NCBI RefSeq assembly: GCF_000092845.1
Contig: NC_014150.1
Location: forward strand, 2,043,510-2,107,509
Length of the DNA: 64,000 nt
Origin: Brachyspira murdochii DSM 12563
GTDB lineage: Bacteria > Spirochaetota > Brachyspiria > Brachyspirales > Brachyspiraceae
Reading direction: 5' to 3'
The notes beneath the pieces were generated by a model that was not told where the DNA came from, made no database searches, and saw only the letters and a list, made by a program, of their open reading frames with translations. The position numbers and the translations under genes are program-made. Below, piece by piece: positions 18,140 through 29,827 of this stretch (position 1 is the stretch's first letter; each line of letters opens with the position of its first letter).

Positions 18140-20107
18140 TTATTTATTAATAATAAAGAATTTCATCAGATCAGCAAGTTTTTCAGTTTCTTTTTCCATA
18201 TCGATAACTATATCAGCATTTGTTTTTACCAAGGCAGTATTTTGTTCGGCACTAATATCGACACTATTAACAGCAATTTGTACTTCTCTTGCCGAAGCGT
18301 CCTGCTGAGTGGAAGATTCAACCATTTGACTTACTATATCGCTGCTTTCTTTAGCCTTATTTGTTATATCTTCCAAAGCGTTCATAGTTTCTTTTATTTT
18401 ACTGTTTCCTTCATTGATTTTTTCTATACTGTTATTAACTATACTAGTAATATTTTTTACAGATTCCTGAGAAGTCTGAGCTAGGTTTCTTACTTCAGCT
18501 GCTACAACAGCAAACCCTTTTCCTTGTTCACCAGCACGTGCTGCCTCTACAGAAGCATTAAGAGCAAGTATATTAGTCTGCATTGCTATATCATCTATCA
18601 TTTTTGTTATATTTGATATTTCAGCAGTTGCTTTAGTAATATCTTCCATAAGAGCCATGGATTCTTTTGATAAATTGTAGCAATGCTCGCTTGAATCAGT
18701 AAGAACTTGTATTTTATCATTAGTTACTGCTATATCATTAGTTGTTTTATCTATTACTTTTAATGTATTTGTCATAGTTTCATTTATAAGTTTAAGATCA
18801 TCTCTCTGTTTTTCAGTTCTGTTTGAAAGATCTGCACTTCCCGCACTAACATTCTTGCTTGCATTTTCCATAGCATTAGTAGAATCTAATATTTGTTTTA
18901 TTATATTTGACAGTATATTCTGAGTATTTTGAATAGAGTTAAATATCATTCCTATTTCATCTTTTCTTTTGCTTAATGCTTCGTTTTTATATGAAGTTAA
19001 ATCTCCGCTGCTTAATTTTTCTGAAACATGTAATATTTTTAATATAGGATCTATCAAACTTTTCTTTATTAAGATATTTATTATAATTAAAAATATAATA
19101 AGTACAAAAATAGCCAGTATAGATGTTATAACAGCATTTATTATATTTTCTTTTACTATAACCATCTCTGGCACACTTACAAGAAGCACTATTGAATTAT
19201 AATTATCCTTTAATGAAGTTAAAGGTACTATAATATTAAACATTTTTTTTCCGTCTATTTTGTTAATAAAAGAATACTTGATACTATTTTCTACAGCATT
19301 CATTATTTGACTTGCATTATCAGTATATATGCTTGAAATCTCTTTTCCTATGTTCATAGTATTTGTAGAAGCAAGAATAGTACCAGACTGATTTATCAAA
19401 TAACCTTCCATACCTTCATTAGTAGATATAGCAGAAACTATTTTTACCAAATTTGCAGCAGAAAAATCCACACCAACCATACCTAAAAACTTTCCGGAAT
19501 TATCAAGTATAGGTTCAACAACACTTACAGTAAGTACAGTATCAGCTCCTGTATAAGTATCATCTTTTTCTACATCGCTTATATAAAGCTGTTTAGTATC
19601 TTTTGGTATAGTGTAGTAGTCTGGATTTGCATCAAACTCTTCCTGATAAACTTTATCATAAGTAACGGTATTATCATCATAAAAAAATGCAGGTCCGTAT
19701 CTTCCGTCATTTTCAGAGCCGTAATCAGTATCTATAAAATCATTGTCTCTTCCGTCAAAGGCATTTTTCTCCCACATCTCATATATAGCAAATAAGTTTT
19801 TATTGTTTTTAAGAATTTCTCCCAAAACTTCAGCATGCGATTGTCTTGTAACTGAAGAATTTAATACATCATTTTTTAGAGAAAGAGATATAGTTTTAAG
19901 CATAGATATATATGATGCCATTTCTCTTTCTATATCTTTAGCATAAGTACTAACCATATATTCAGCTGAAGCAAAACCTTTCTCTTTTGAATTTGAAATA
20001 TTATGCGAAACCATATATGATATAATAGTTATGAACATTATTAGTATTGATATGCTTAATAATACAAATATTTTAAATTGAAGTCCTAATGATTTTTTAT
20101 TTTCCAT
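18140..20107 (-). CDS. methyl-accepting chemotaxis protein with a periplasmic Cache-type sensor
   Basis: Two TM helices flank a ~280-aa periplasmic domain. A HAMP domain is followed by the conserved signalling domain ...[32 protein letters not shown]... Confidence 0.9.
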   Translation of the reverse strand: MENKKSLGLQFKIFVLLSISILIMFITIISYMVSHNISNSKEKGFASAEYMVSTYAKDIEREMASYISMLKTISLSLKNDVLNSSVTRQSHAEVLGEILKNNKNLFAIYEMWEKNAFDGRDNDFIDTDYGSENDGRYGPAFFYDDNTVTYDKVYQEEFDANPDYYTIPKDTKQLYISDVEKDDTYTGADTVLTVSVVEPILDNSGKFLGMVGVDFSAANLVKIVSAISTNEGMEGYLINQSGTILASTNTMNIGKEISSIYTDNASQIMNAVENSIKYSFINKIDGKKMFNIIVPLTSLKDNYNSIVLLVSVPEMVIVKENIINAVITSILAIFVLIIFLIIINILIKKSLIDPILKILHVSEKLSSGDLTSYKNEALSKRKDEIGMIFNSIQNTQNILSNIIKQILDSTNAMENASKNVSAGSADLSNRTEKQRDDLKLINETMTNTLKVIDKTTNDIAVTNDKIQVLTDSSEHCYNLSKESMALMEDITKATAEISNITKMIDDIAMQTNILALNASVEAARAGEQGKGFAVVAAEVRNLAQTSQESVKNITSIVNNSIEKINEGNSKIKETMNALEDITNKAKESSDIVSQMVESSTQQDASAREVQIAVNSVDISAEQNTALVKTNADIVIDMEKETEKLADLMKFFIINK

Positions 20108-20243
20108 AAATACCCTAAATAATTTTATTTTAGTAGTATAATAATATATTTAATCAAAAAAAACAACAATAAAATTTTTAAAAAACTGATTATTTTTATT
20201 ATATATTATATATATAGGCATATTTTTTATTTTATTGTAAAGA

Positions 20244-21284
20244 TTATTTTACTCTTTTTATTTTTATTCCGAATTGTGCTTCAACTATATTAATAAGTTC
20301 AGGGAGTTTCTGTTCGGCTATCATTTTTAATTTTTCTCTTTCTATATTTTGAGCTGGAGTACCAAGCATAATAGAATTAGAAGGAATTTTAACATTTGAC
20401 ATTACAGCAGTTCTTCCTCCGAATATTACCCTGTCTCCAAGTGTAACATGGTCAGCTAAAGCAGCCTGTCCGCCCAATGTACAATGATGACCTATTTTTG
20501 AACTTCCTGCAATACCTACCTGAGAAACAATTATAGAATGCTCTCCTATGTCGCAGTTATGAGCTATCTGAACCAAATTATCTATTTTTACGCCCTCTCT
20601 TATAATTGTAGAACCCAATGTAGCTCTGTCAATACATACATTAGCGCCAAGCTCAACATCATCTTCTATAACAACATTTCCTCTCTGAGGTATTTTCATT
20701 TGTCTGCCATTAACTTCAAAGAATCCAAATCCGTCATTTCCTATAACAGTAGATGATCCTATTATAACTTTATTTTTTATAATGCATCTGTCATGTATAA
20801 CAGCATTAGCATATATTATGCAGTTTTCACCTATAACTACATCATCACCCAAAAATACATTGGCCTCTATAACAGAACCTTTTCCTACAGAAGTATTTTT
20901 TCCTATATGCACATTATCTCCAATGTAGGCATCAGCATCTATATTGGCATTTTCTTTTATAACAGCCGTTTTTTCAATAGTTCCCAATGGGTATTTTTTA
21001 TCTTCAAATAGAAAATAAAGCAGCTTAATAAATGCTTCTTTTGGGTTATTATATATTACAGCTGTTTTACCTTTCAAATCTTTTATATTATTGTATGTTT
21101 CTTCTCTTAATATCAATGCATTAGCAGTACTCTCTAAAGCAGATTCTATATATTTATTATTATCTATACAAACTATAGAGCCTTCTGTTATTTGATTTAT
21201 AGGAGAAAGAGAAGATATATCTTTATTTTCATCTCCTATTATTTTTTGAGCATTAATAAACTTGCAGATATCTTTTAATTTCAT
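20244..21284 (-). CDS. lpxD: UDP-3-O-(3-hydroxyacyl)glucosamine N-acyltransferase
   Basis: 346 aa with left-handed beta-helix hexapeptide repeats. It sits in the conserved bamA-skp-lpxD context. Confidence 0.85.
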   Translation of the reverse strand: MKLKDICKFINAQKIIGDENKDISSLSPINQITEGSIVCIDNNKYIESALESTANALILREETYNNIKDLKGKTAVIYNNPKEAFIKLLYFLFEDKKYPLGTIEKTAVIKENANIDADAYIGDNVHIGKNTSVGKGSVIEANVFLGDDVVIGENCIIYANAVIHDRCIIKNKVIIGSSTVIGNDGFGFFEVNGRQMKIPQRGNVVIEDDVELGANVCIDRATLGSTIIREGVKIDNLVQIAHNCDIGEHSIIVSQVGIAGSSKIGHHCTLGGQAALADHVTLGDRVIFGGRTAVMSNVKIPSNSIMLGTPAQNIEREKLKMIAEQKLPELINIVEAQFGIKIKRVK

Positions 21285-21324
21285 AAATACTATTATCTCC
21301 GTTTATTTTATAAAAATATCAAAA

Positions 21325-21362
21325 CTAAAATGCATTATATATATTTCTTTAATGCATTTTAG
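21325..21362 (-). terminator. perfect 13-bp hairpin between skp and lpxD (a candidate intrinsic terminator or attenuator)
   Basis: CTAAAATGCATTA (12-nt loop) TAATGCATTTTAG. On the minus-strand RNA the hairpin is followed by UUUUGAUAUUUUUAU. Confidence 0.45.
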
Positions 21363-21371
21363 ATGATATAT

Positions 21372-21800
21372 TTATTTTTGTAAAGAGGCTTTAACATTTG
21401 CTATTACTGGTTCTGTGATATCAAAAGTTCTATCAGCATATAGTATAGAGTGTTCTGTTCTTTCAAGTATTAAAGTATATCCTTCTTTTTTTACTATTGA
21501 CATAAGAGCATTTGCAACCTGTCTTTTTACTTCTCCTCTTAAAGAGTAATCTCTGTTGTTTTGAGCTATAGAAGTATCAGTCATATTAGTCTGCATAGCG
21601 TCTTGAGTTTTATATTCTTCTAATTTCATTTTTAATTTTTCAACAAACTCTTCATCGCTTGTAAGTTCTTTAATTACTCTTTCAAGATCAATATATCCCA
21701 CTTTTGTAAGCCTGTATGACTGTGTAAATACTCTAGGGCTAATAATTGATATAACAAGCACTGATATAAATAATAAACTCATAATGTAATATTTTTTCAT
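21372..21800 (-). CDS. skp: periplasmic chaperone Skp/OmpH family
   Basis: 142 aa with a signal peptide and a coiled-coil K/E-rich body. It lies immediately downstream of bamA. Confidence 0.6.
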   Translation of the reverse strand: MKKYYIMSLLFISVLVISIISPRVFTQSYRLTKVGYIDLERVIKELTSDEEFVEKLKMKLEEYKTQDAMQTNMTDTSIAQNNRDYSLRGEVKRQVANALMSIVKKEGYTLILERTEHSILYADRTFDITEPVIANVKASLQK

Positions 21801-21854
21801 TTTTATCTCCTTTTTATATAAATTTATATAATTATCATCAAAAACAATATATTT

Positions 21855-24473
21855 TTAATAGAATGGGTGATTCATAGTAAATGCAATACCCCAGCCTCTT
21901 CCAAACCAAGCTCCTAGAGGAGTGAAAGTGTCTCCTTCAAAATCCTGAAGCCCCTTTCCAAATCCTACATCATCTTTATTATATACAAATCTTTTAGCGA
22001 TGTAAAATCTTACATTAAATATTGGAATTGTAAGTCTTATACCTACTCCTACAGAATATATGTACTGGGAAGGATCAAATATATCTTTAATATCCATAAA
22101 CTGCGAAGGATAAGTATGAGCATCACCATCCTGATTCCAACCAGTGCTGTTAGGCATCCATAACTGACCTGCATCAAAGAAAGTAACAAATCCAAGGGTT
22201 TTAGGTATAATAGGTATACGAAGTTCAGCAAAGAATCTTACTTTAGCCCTTCCATAGCTCCAAGAGTCTGTTGAACCGTCTTCAGCTTTCATATCATAAG
22301 TAGATAATCCTCTGTTTTTCTTAAATATAGTGTATTTAGAAGTATCCCAGCCGCGTACATCTTCAAACGGGTTAAGATAGTATAAAACATCTGCATCATT
22401 TTGTATAGGAAGTCCCGGAGTTGCTATAATCTGACCTAATTCTCCGTAAAATGCAAATGAAAGCCATTCTGTGGCAGGTACAGCTAAAAATCCAGTTAAA
22501 TTAAGTCTTGTAAGCTGAGTATGCCCAAAGTAGAAATCGGCTATACCCCTTAAGAAACTTCCTTTAGTAGGGTTTAAATAATCATTTCTGCTGTCGCGAA
22601 GAAGTGAATATGATATAATAAATGTAGTAAACCAATCACTCTGCCATCTTTGGAAAGAACCGTCTTTTTTATTTATTCTATGTACTAAATATTTTTTTAT
22701 GTCGTTTAGTACATAATTAGGACCTGCGGCACTTGCACCTTGGTCATGCCACTGCTGATACTGCTGTACTATGGTATCAAAAGTGATAAATGTAGAGTAA
22801 TAGTCAGCAAAATAATAACCAAGCCTTACTATACCTTCAAAACCATGTCTTGTATAGTATGAATATTTAGGTATTCCAAAATCACCTGTTCCTATTTCAT
22901 ATCCTGTATTAACACCTTCATTAAAGTATGATAAATCAACTCCCAGATATATAGGCAGATTAAGCAAATAAGGCTCAGCAAAGTTCACCGCTATACGTTT
23001 CTGCTGCTCTCCGAGTTCTCCGCTTAAACCTAACTGCAGACCCCTTCCTAAGAAGTTGTTTTCTCTAATAGAGGCAAATATCTTAAATCCGGAACCTGTA
23101 GAGAAACCGCCGCCGCCTGATACCATAGCTGTTTTACCTTCAGATACATTTAAAGTCAATTCCATAAGTCCTTCAGCAGAACCTGGTTTTACTCCTAAGT
23201 TAATATTATCAAAGAATTGCGTATTATATAATCTTTCCTGTACTCTTTGTATTTTAGATGTGTTAAATACTTCTCCCGGTTTTATATCTATGTATCTTTG
23301 TATAACAAAATCTTTAGTTTTAGTATTTCCAGCTATAGTAATATTTTCTATATGAGCTTTATCATTTTCTACTATGTCGTACATTATATTTACTATTTTA
23401 TTTTCTTCATTAACAGTAATTACAGGTATAACTTGTCTGAATATATATCCTCTTTCAGAGTATTTATTTTGTATACCCTGATAATCAGTCATATGATATG
23501 TGTAATTATATAAAGCACCTTTTTTTGATTTTATATCTTTTTGTATATTTTCAGATGATATAATAAAGTTGCCCTTAAATCCTATATCTCCGAAATAATA
23601 TTTATCGCCCTCTGTGATGTATATATCTATTATTAAGTCCTGTTCATTTTTTATTTGCGGGTCTCTCCACTGATATGTAAACTTTACATTATCTACTTTT
23701 GCTTTGTAGTATCCTCGGTCGGCATAATATTTTACAACTTTTGTTTTGTCATCTTCAAATTTGAATTCATTAAACTTTCCCAATGCCATAAATCCGTTTT
23801 CTTTAGTTGACATCTGTCTTTTAAGCTCATTAGCTGAAAAATGGGTATTACCATGAAATCTTATGCTTGATACTTTTACCTCATTTCCTTCTACTATGTT
23901 CATTTGTATAGTAACATCAGAGCTTTCATTATTTTCTATTACTTTAGGCTCTACATATGCTTTTAAATATCCTTTATCCTGATAATTAGTGATAATAGCA
24001 TTAACGGCTTCATTAAGTTTCTGCGGTATATAAGGATCTCCTGCCCTCATTATAGGTTTTATTGCATCATTAAGTGCTGTTCTGCTTAAGCGTTTATTAC
24101 CAATATATTCTATGTCTTTGATAATATATCTTTCAGACACTACAATATTTAATACAACACCGTCATCTTCTCTATTTGCATCAATAGCTACTCTGTCAAA
24201 TAATTGAGTATCAAATAATTTTTTTATTGCCTCATTTATCTCTGTTCTTTGAAATTTACTGCCGGATTTTATTGGGAAGCTGTTTACTATTTGATCTTTT
24301 GTAAGCCTTACTTCTCCTGTAACATCTATTCTTTTTATTACAAGACCTTCATATACAGCTATATTTCTAGCTGTTTTTAAATTTTCAAAATCACTCTCTG
24401 CTGATATAAGCAAAGCCGCAGCAAGTAAAAGAAATAAAAATAGAATAATACAATTTTTCACTAAAATCTCCAC
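21855..24473 (-). CDS. bamA: outer membrane protein assembly factor BamA (POTRA domains plus Omp85 barrel)
   Basis: 872 aa with an N-terminal signal peptide, repeated POTRA-like modules and a C-terminal aromatic-rich barrel ending in ...NHPFY. Confidence 0.85.
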   Translation of the reverse strand: MEILVKNCIILFLFLLLAAALLISAESDFENLKTARNIAVYEGLVIKRIDVTGEVRLTKDQIVNSFPIKSGSKFQRTEINEAIKKLFDTQLFDRVAIDANREDDGVVLNIVVSERYIIKDIEYIGNKRLSRTALNDAIKPIMRAGDPYIPQKLNEAVNAIITNYQDKGYLKAYVEPKVIENNESSDVTIQMNIVEGNEVKVSSIRFHGNTHFSANELKRQMSTKENGFMALGKFNEFKFEDDKTKVVKYYADRGYYKAKVDNVKFTYQWRDPQIKNEQDLIIDIYITEGDKYYFGDIGFKGNFIISSENIQKDIKSKKGALYNYTYHMTDYQGIQNKYSERGYIFRQVIPVITVNEENKIVNIMYDIVENDKAHIENITIAGNTKTKDFVIQRYIDIKPGEVFNTSKIQRVQERLYNTQFFDNINLGVKPGSAEGLMELTLNVSEGKTAMVSGGGGFSTGSGFKIFASIRENNFLGRGLQLGLSGELGEQQKRIAVNFAEPYLLNLPIYLGVDLSYFNEGVNTGYEIGTGDFGIPKYSYYTRHGFEGIVRLGYYFADYYSTFITFDTIVQQYQQWHDQGASAAGPNYVLNDIKKYLVHRINKKDGSFQRWQSDWFTTFIISYSLLRDSRNDYLNPTKGSFLRGIADFYFGHTQLTRLNLTGFLAVPATEWLSFAFYGELGQIIATPGLPIQNDADVLYYLNPFEDVRGWDTSKYTIFKKNRGLSTYDMKAEDGSTDSWSYGRAKVRFFAELRIPIIPKTLGFVTFFDAGQLWMPNSTGWNQDGDAHTYPSQFMDIKDIFDPSQYIYSVGVGIRLTIPIFNVRFYIAKRFVYNKDDVGFGKGLQDFEGDTFTPLGAWFGRGWGIAFTMNHPFY

Positions 24474-27400
24474 CGAGTAACTATATTAAAATCTTGTCCT
24501 TTTCCTCGTATATCGAAAGGGTTTATTTTATACTCAAAAACAAAATTTGCAAGTTTATAATTCTTTAATAAAGAAACCTCAAAACCGAACTGATGGTCAA
24601 AATAATAAGGGTCTACATTTTTTCCATTAATACTAGGTCTTGTTGTATCAACTGCTCTGTAAGTAACATCGTATTTTAAATATAAATATTTAGAAACATA
24701 TTTACCTATTCCCACGCTTGTATTATCCCATACAGATGTAGGACTTATACTATTATTATTCGTAACAAACAATAAATTATTTACTACTGTAGGGCTTAAG
24801 TTAATATAATCTATGCCTAAAAATTGTCTTACCCATCTTTCTACGGGTCTTAGCACTGTACTTCTTAAAAGCAAATCGCTGTAATTCATAGTAAGCTGCT
24901 GCAGCTGATTATTATTAATAGAACTTCTGCTTGAAGTGCTTTCAGCAAACATCTGGTCTTCTCTGCTTCCGAAACTTCCCTGAGGTATGCCAGCAAGCTG
25001 ATTAACCTGATACTGTCCTAAAGCAGGTATAGTATAGAATCTTACTGGAGAAAGTCCGGAGTTTTGAGAAGATATCAATTGAGAGAGCCTTGCATTCATT
25101 TCCATATATAAAGTTACACTCTCACCTGCTATTTCGCTTTCAAATGACTGAGATGAAAGATTGGCAGTTGAAGGGTAATATTTTTTATATGTATATGCTG
25201 TAGCTGTTATTATAGGGTCCAAACTATTATTAGGAGGGAAAGTAACAGAACCGTTTTCAAGCTGATATATATTTTGAAGATAATAAATACTTCCTCTGTC
25301 TACATTAACAGTACCTGCAAGCTCTATTCCGTCCATAAGAGTATTATAAACTCTCATCTTTGAGCCTTCTTCCAAATATACATCGCCTACTAAATTATGT
25401 GCTACTCTTACCTGACGCCAAGCCTCTATAGTAAAGTCCCAATAAATTTTACTTAATATGCCGTAAACTCTTTCTTTGTACGTGCTTCCGGAAGGTAAAG
25501 TAGAAAGCTGAACATCGCTTTTCATAAGTGTAAGTATTCCGCCTATTCTAGGAGCTGCTATATTGCCTCCTACTGTAATATCTACATGCACAGGTCCTTT
25601 TACTTTAGCAATACCCAAATTCATATTGCCGTCTAAAAGTCCAAGCTGCTCATCTGAAGAAAGTAAATCAAATGCCATATAGTTTATAGTATTTTTAAAA
25701 ATTTCAGCTTCTCCAGTTACACTGAGATTTTTCTTTTTCTTAGATGTAAAAGTTAGATTATTTACATTAAACATATGTCCGTCAAAATTAAAATCTACTA
25801 TAGTATCATCAAATACATCATTAAAATATGCTATCTTTACTCTTCTTCCATGACCTAAAAATCTGCCGTCTATAGCAACATTATCAGCATCTCCATGTAT
25901 ATGGGCATACAATGTATAAGGCTTACCGTCTATCATAAAATTGGTAGGCGATGAATGTATTTCTGTAAATAATACATTAAATATTTCAAATACTTCTACA
26001 TTGATTATGTCTGATGTAACTAGCAAATCTACCTGATCTCTTTTAGTATTTTTTATTATGCCGTCTATATTAAGCATATTATTATTATCATAGACATATA
26101 TTAAGTCTGTTCGTGTTCCTTCTTCTTCTTTAGTGATAGAGCCATTAATACCATGTTTTTTTGTGTTTGTAAATGTAATATCTTCTCCGTTATATGTAAC
26201 TATTGTTCCAAACTCCGGAAGTTTTCTTTTATTTATTGTTATAGGTGTAGTTTGTACCCTAAACTCCTGTCTTCCATCCGGCAGCCTTCTCATGTTATAA
26301 TCTATAGTGCCTGAATATGAGCTTAGAAAAACTATATTGTTTACCTCTACTTGCATATTTTGCAAATCTTTTGAGAAATAGGCATAAGGTATTTTTATCT
26401 GCTGTTTTTTTGTAAATGCTTTGGAAGTAACCATTCCGAAATCGCCCGTTTTGGTTACAAGTATATCTTTTAATTCTAATTCATCTTTTTTATAATAACC
26501 AGTTAAAGAAATATCAAATCTCATACCCGGTATTTGAAACTCTTTAACATCAAATTTTTCAAGATATACTACTGGACTGTTCATAAGCCCTATTACGGTG
26601 GCATTTGCTGTAAGTATTCCGTATGCTTTACCGCTTATATCAAAAGGAAGCTGACTTACAGTAACTTTTCCATATATATTATTTTTATTAATAGAAGCAT
26701 CTAATGCAAATATGCCGTCATTTTCTATATCTTTTAATAGGGCAGTGAACTTACCTATACCATCGCTTGAAGTAAGTATACCGTTTCCAGACACTCTATT
26801 TTCTCCATAATCGAGCACTATATTGGTAAGCATTATACTTTGATTAGAAAGCTCAAACTGGGTATTTAAAGCAAATATAGGAGCTAAGTTTTTATTGGCT
26901 TTAATATTACCGTATATATATATAGGCTCTTGAGTATAGTTATTTATATCAACATCAACATTTATATCTATATCTTTTATGCTTAAAGTTTTTGGGGTTT
27001 TAATGTTTAAATCTAATAATCCGTTTGTTGCCATTACTCCGCTTGCTATTATTTCTGATTTATCAGTAGAAGCGTAGATTATTCTATTTCCGTTTGTAGA
27101 TGTTGTTGTAAAGCCGCTTAATCCGTAATTACCTGCTGGGGTTCCTATATTACCATTTATTTTTACATTGAAATTTTTATCATACTCTATTTTGGCATTG
27201 GCATTTATACCGCTGTCTTCTGAAAGTCTGTAGTATATGTTATCTATATCTATGACATTCTGATATGCTGATATTCCTATTCTTATAAGATATTCTTCTG
27301 TATATATTTTCCTAGATGAAGCTTTGAGTATATGAACATTTCCTTTGCCTTCTGTATACATTGCATTGCTTAGGCTGTAGTTTACATTTAATGATGATAA

Positions 27401-28909
27401 ATTATCTATTATATTTTTGCCTAATAATACTAAAAATATATCCTGAGGTATTACACCTTTGGCTTCCGCTAATATTGGTTTTGTTCTATCAAGAGAGAAG
27501 CTCATATTAAAAGGCTGTTCATATTTACTAGGTATTAAATTAAGTGCTATGTCTTTATCATCTCTGTTGTATAAAAAATCAAATGACAAAGGATTTGCTA
27601 ATGTATTTGCATATGTAAAAGATGATATTGTAAATCTTGATCTTATTTCTTTATCATCTACAGCAGTAGGCTTTAAATAAAGTTTTGTAGATAATTTTTT
27701 AGCCCCTGCATTTATATCTTTAACATTTAATGATATAACACTTGATATAGGATCGCTTAAAGGAACTATACCGCTTGCTGTAATATTACCATCTAGGGCA
27801 TTTATACTGGCATTTGAAAGTATTATACTGTTATTTGTAAGCTCAGCATTAACCGCCGCATTGAATAGTTTATCACGTACATTTAAGTCAAAGTCTATAT
27901 ATGAGTTTGTTATATTTTTTAGAGAATAATAGCCGTAGGCGTTAATATCTGCATCTCTGAAAGTATTAATATAATTACTTACAGAAGTTATTTTTTTATT
28001 GTCCAATTTTACAAACTTATAAATAATAGGAGTATCTAAAGCTATATTCATAAATTTATATATAGTATCTTTTTTTATTTTGATATTTGTAACTGAAAAA
28101 TTAATATCTTCATTATTATGATTATAATTTAAATTGATAAAGTCGTATTTATTTTCATTCTGAAGACTAGCCTCAATTTTATCGTATGTATTTGTTATAA
28201 ATAAATTGTATTTAAATAAATCTCCATTTTCATCTTTAGCATATATTAATGTGTTAATATCTGATAAATTAGTTGTACTTTCTGAAGCAAGATGAACTAT
28301 TGTTTTATCTGGTAAGTTCAAATCATATGACAAAAAATATCCGTAATCTCTAAAGTTGCCGTACAGAGAATTAAGAGATACTTCTGTTGTAGTATTATCA
28401 TCAATCACTTTTGCTGAGAAGTTTTTTATATTGATATTTTTATCCATAAATATAGGAGTTATACTATTAACCGTATCTCTAATACTTTCATATATATTTT
28501 TTTTATTTGTACTTTCACTTTTTAATATAGATGTATCAAAAACAATAGGGTAAAAGTCAGCATTATCAATATTAATATCGCTTAAAAGATAAAGCGGATC
28601 TCTCTTTATAAATATCCTAAGAAAATTAAATCTTAATGAGGCTTTATCCATATCAAAGAATGCATCTTTACTATTTTTGGAATAAAGTTTAACATTATCC
28701 AAAACTAGCTCTAATTTATATGATATGCTTATATCTGATATAGATATGTTTATAGGACTTACTTTATTGATATATTCTATAACATTATCAAGATATTTCT
28801 GCTTATTTGAAAGCACTATAGATACGCTAAATAAAGCAGGTATCATAAAAGCCAGCAAGGTTGTAGCTATATACATTCTAAACCTAGAGTATCTATCCTT
28901 TTTACGCAA
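24461..28909 (-). CDS. tamB: TamB-like translocation and assembly module protein (AsmA/DUF490 family)
   Basis: 1482 aa with an N-terminal TM anchor, a long beta-rich body and a C-terminal DUF490-like region. It overlaps the bamA start by 13 nt. A tamB-bamA adjacency is known in spirochaetes such as Borrelia. Confidence 0.6.
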   Translation of the reverse strand: MRKKDRYSRFRMYIATTLLAFMIPALFSVSIVLSNKQKYLDNVIEYINKVSPINISISDISISYKLELVLDNVKLYSKNSKDAFFDMDKASLRFNFLRIFIKRDPLYLLSDINIDNADFYPIVFDTSILKSESTNKKNIYESIRDTVNSITPIFMDKNINIKNFSAKVIDDNTTTEVSLNSLYGNFRDYGYFLSYDLNLPDKTIVHLASESTTNLSDINTLIYAKDENGDLFKYNLFITNTYDKIEASLQNENKYDFINLNYNHNNEDINFSVTNIKIKKDTIYKFMNIALDTPIIYKFVKLDNKKITSVSNYINTFRDADINAYGYYSLKNITNSYIDFDLNVRDKLFNAAVNAELTNNSIILSNASINALDGNITASGIVPLSDPISSVISLNVKDINAGAKKLSTKLYLKPTAVDDKEIRSRFTISSFTYANTLANPLSFDFLYNRDDKDIALNLIPSKYEQPFNMSFSLDRTKPILAEAKGVIPQDIFLVLLGKNIIDNLSSLNVNYSLSNAMYTEGKGNVHILKASSRKIYTEEYLIRIGISAYQNVIDIDNIYYRLSEDSGINANAKIEYDKNFNVKINGNIGTPAGNYGLSGFTTTSTNGNRIIYASTDKSEIIASGVMATNGLLDLNIKTPKTLSIKDIDINVDVDINNYTQEPIYIYGNIKANKNLAPIFALNTQFELSNQSIMLTNIVLDYGENRVSGNGILTSSDGIGKFTALLKDIENDGIFALDASINKNNIYGKVTVSQLPFDISGKAYGILTANATVIGLMNSPVVYLEKFDVKEFQIPGMRFDISLTGYYKKDELELKDILVTKTGDFGMVTSKAFTKKQQIKIPYAYFSKDLQNMQVEVNNIVFLSSYSGTIDYNMRRLPDGRQEFRVQTTPITINKRKLPEFGTIVTYNGEDITFTNTKKHGINGSITKEEEGTRTDLIYVYDNNNMLNIDGIIKNTKRDQVDLLVTSDIINVEVFEIFNVLFTEIHSSPTNFMIDGKPYTLYAHIHGDADNVAIDGRFLGHGRRVKIAYFNDVFDDTIVDFNFDGHMFNVNNLTFTSKKKKNLSVTGEAEIFKNTINYMAFDLLSSDEQLGLLDGNMNLGIAKVKGPVHVDITVGGNIAAPRIGGILTLMKSDVQLSTLPSGSTYKERVYGILSKIYWDFTIEAWRQVRVAHNLVGDVYLEEGSKMRVYNTLMDGIELAGTVNVDRGSIYYLQNIYQLENGSVTFPPNNSLDPIITATAYTYKKYYPSTANLSSQSFESEIAGESVTLYMEMNARLSQLISSQNSGLSPVRFYTIPALGQYQVNQLAGIPQGSFGSREDQMFAESTSSRSSINNNQLQQLTMNYSDLLLRSTVLRPVERWVRQFLGIDYINLSPTVVNNLLFVTNNNSISPTSVWDNTSVGIGKYVSKYLYLKYDVTYRAVDTTRPSINGKNVDPYYFDHQFGFEVSLLKNYKLANFVFEYKINPFDIRGKGQDFNIVTRWRF

Positions 28910-29078
28910 TAAAAAGTCCTTTTTTAAAAATTATTTACAATTATTTTTTATACTATAATATAACCTATTTTTAGAAAAATTGTTATATCATTAATTATTA
29001 ATTATCGGAATTTGATTTTTTATATATTAAAAACTTGTAATTTAGTATTTTGAAACTTGTTTGTACATTAAAATAGAT

Positions 29079-29107
29079 TTGACAAATAATAAAAATCAAA
29101 CTATAAT
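29079..29107 (+). promoter_or_regulatory. consensus sigma70 promoter TTGACA-N17-TATAAT
   Basis: tTTGACAaataataaaaatcaaacTATAATa. It lies ~40 nt upstream of the ATG at 29149. Confidence 0.55.
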
Positions 29108-29148
29108 ATTATATACGTAAAAATAGTTTATTATTCAGGGGTATATGT

Positions 29149-29583
29149 ATGTTAAAACAGCTTATAAGAAACAAAATAGATATAGTTGATAGTATTGATA
29201 ATTGGCAAGAGGCTATAAAAAAAGGTGCGGAGCTTTTACTTGAAAATAAGTGTATAGAGCCTAGATATGTTGATTGCATTATAAAAAACATCAAAGAAAC
29301 TGGACCTTATATTGTGTTGGGTGACGGAATGGCTATGTCGCATGCCAGACCGGAAGATGGGGTTTTGAAAAATGGAATTACACTTTTAAAAATTAAAAAT
29401 GGTGTAGATTTTGATGAAAAAAATAAAATATTTCTGTTATTTACTTTGGCAGCTGAAAATAATGAGAATCATCAAGGCTTAATGGAAGAAATTGCAGATT
29501 TGCTTAATGAAAGCGAAAAAATTAAAAGAATAATGTATGATGATTTAACTGATTTAGAAATATACGATATCATATTGCAGTAA
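29149..29583 (+). CDS. PTS EIIA component, L-ascorbate (UlaC/SgaA) subfamily; orphan
   Basis: The pattern W-EAIKKGAELLL...EPRY...GPYIVLGDGMAMSHARPEDGVLKNGITLL matches the UlaC pattern as recalled, W-EAVK-G-LL...EPRY...GPY-V...G-AM-H-RPE-GV. No EIIB/EIIC gene is in the window. Confidence 0.7.
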   Translation: MLKQLIRNKIDIVDSIDNWQEAIKKGAELLLENKCIEPRYVDCIIKNIKETGPYIVLGDGMAMSHARPEDGVLKNGITLLKIKNGVDFDEKNKIFLLFTLAAENNENHQGLMEEIADLLNESEKIKRIMYDDLTDLEIYDIILQ

Positions 29584-29783
29584 ATTTTTTTAGTTATTAT
29601 TTTTTATACAGCTTTTTCTCATATATCAAAGTTGTATTTTGTATCTGCTCTATGTACTACATAATTTAAGGTTTTGCAAATATATATAAACAGTTCATTT
29701 TTTTACAAACTATATTTGCTTTAGTATATATAGATTAAGATGTAGTTTTTATTTATTTACCGATTTTAACTATAAAAATAATT

Positions 29784-29812
29784 TTGACAAAACTTCATTT
29801 TTCTTATATAGT
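29784..29812 (+). promoter_or_regulatory. sigma70-like promoter TTGACA-N17-TATATA
   Basis: tTTGACAaaacttcatttttcttaTATATAg. A TAGGAG ribosome-binding site precedes the ATG at 29828. Confidence 0.4.
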
Positions 29813-29827
29813 TTTGACATTAGGAGT

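Noticed and set aside
28725-29294. Small ORFs 28725-28958 and 29109-29294 in the EIIA promoter region
   Set aside because: They overlap the tamB 5' end or the EIIA gene and have no ribosome-binding site.
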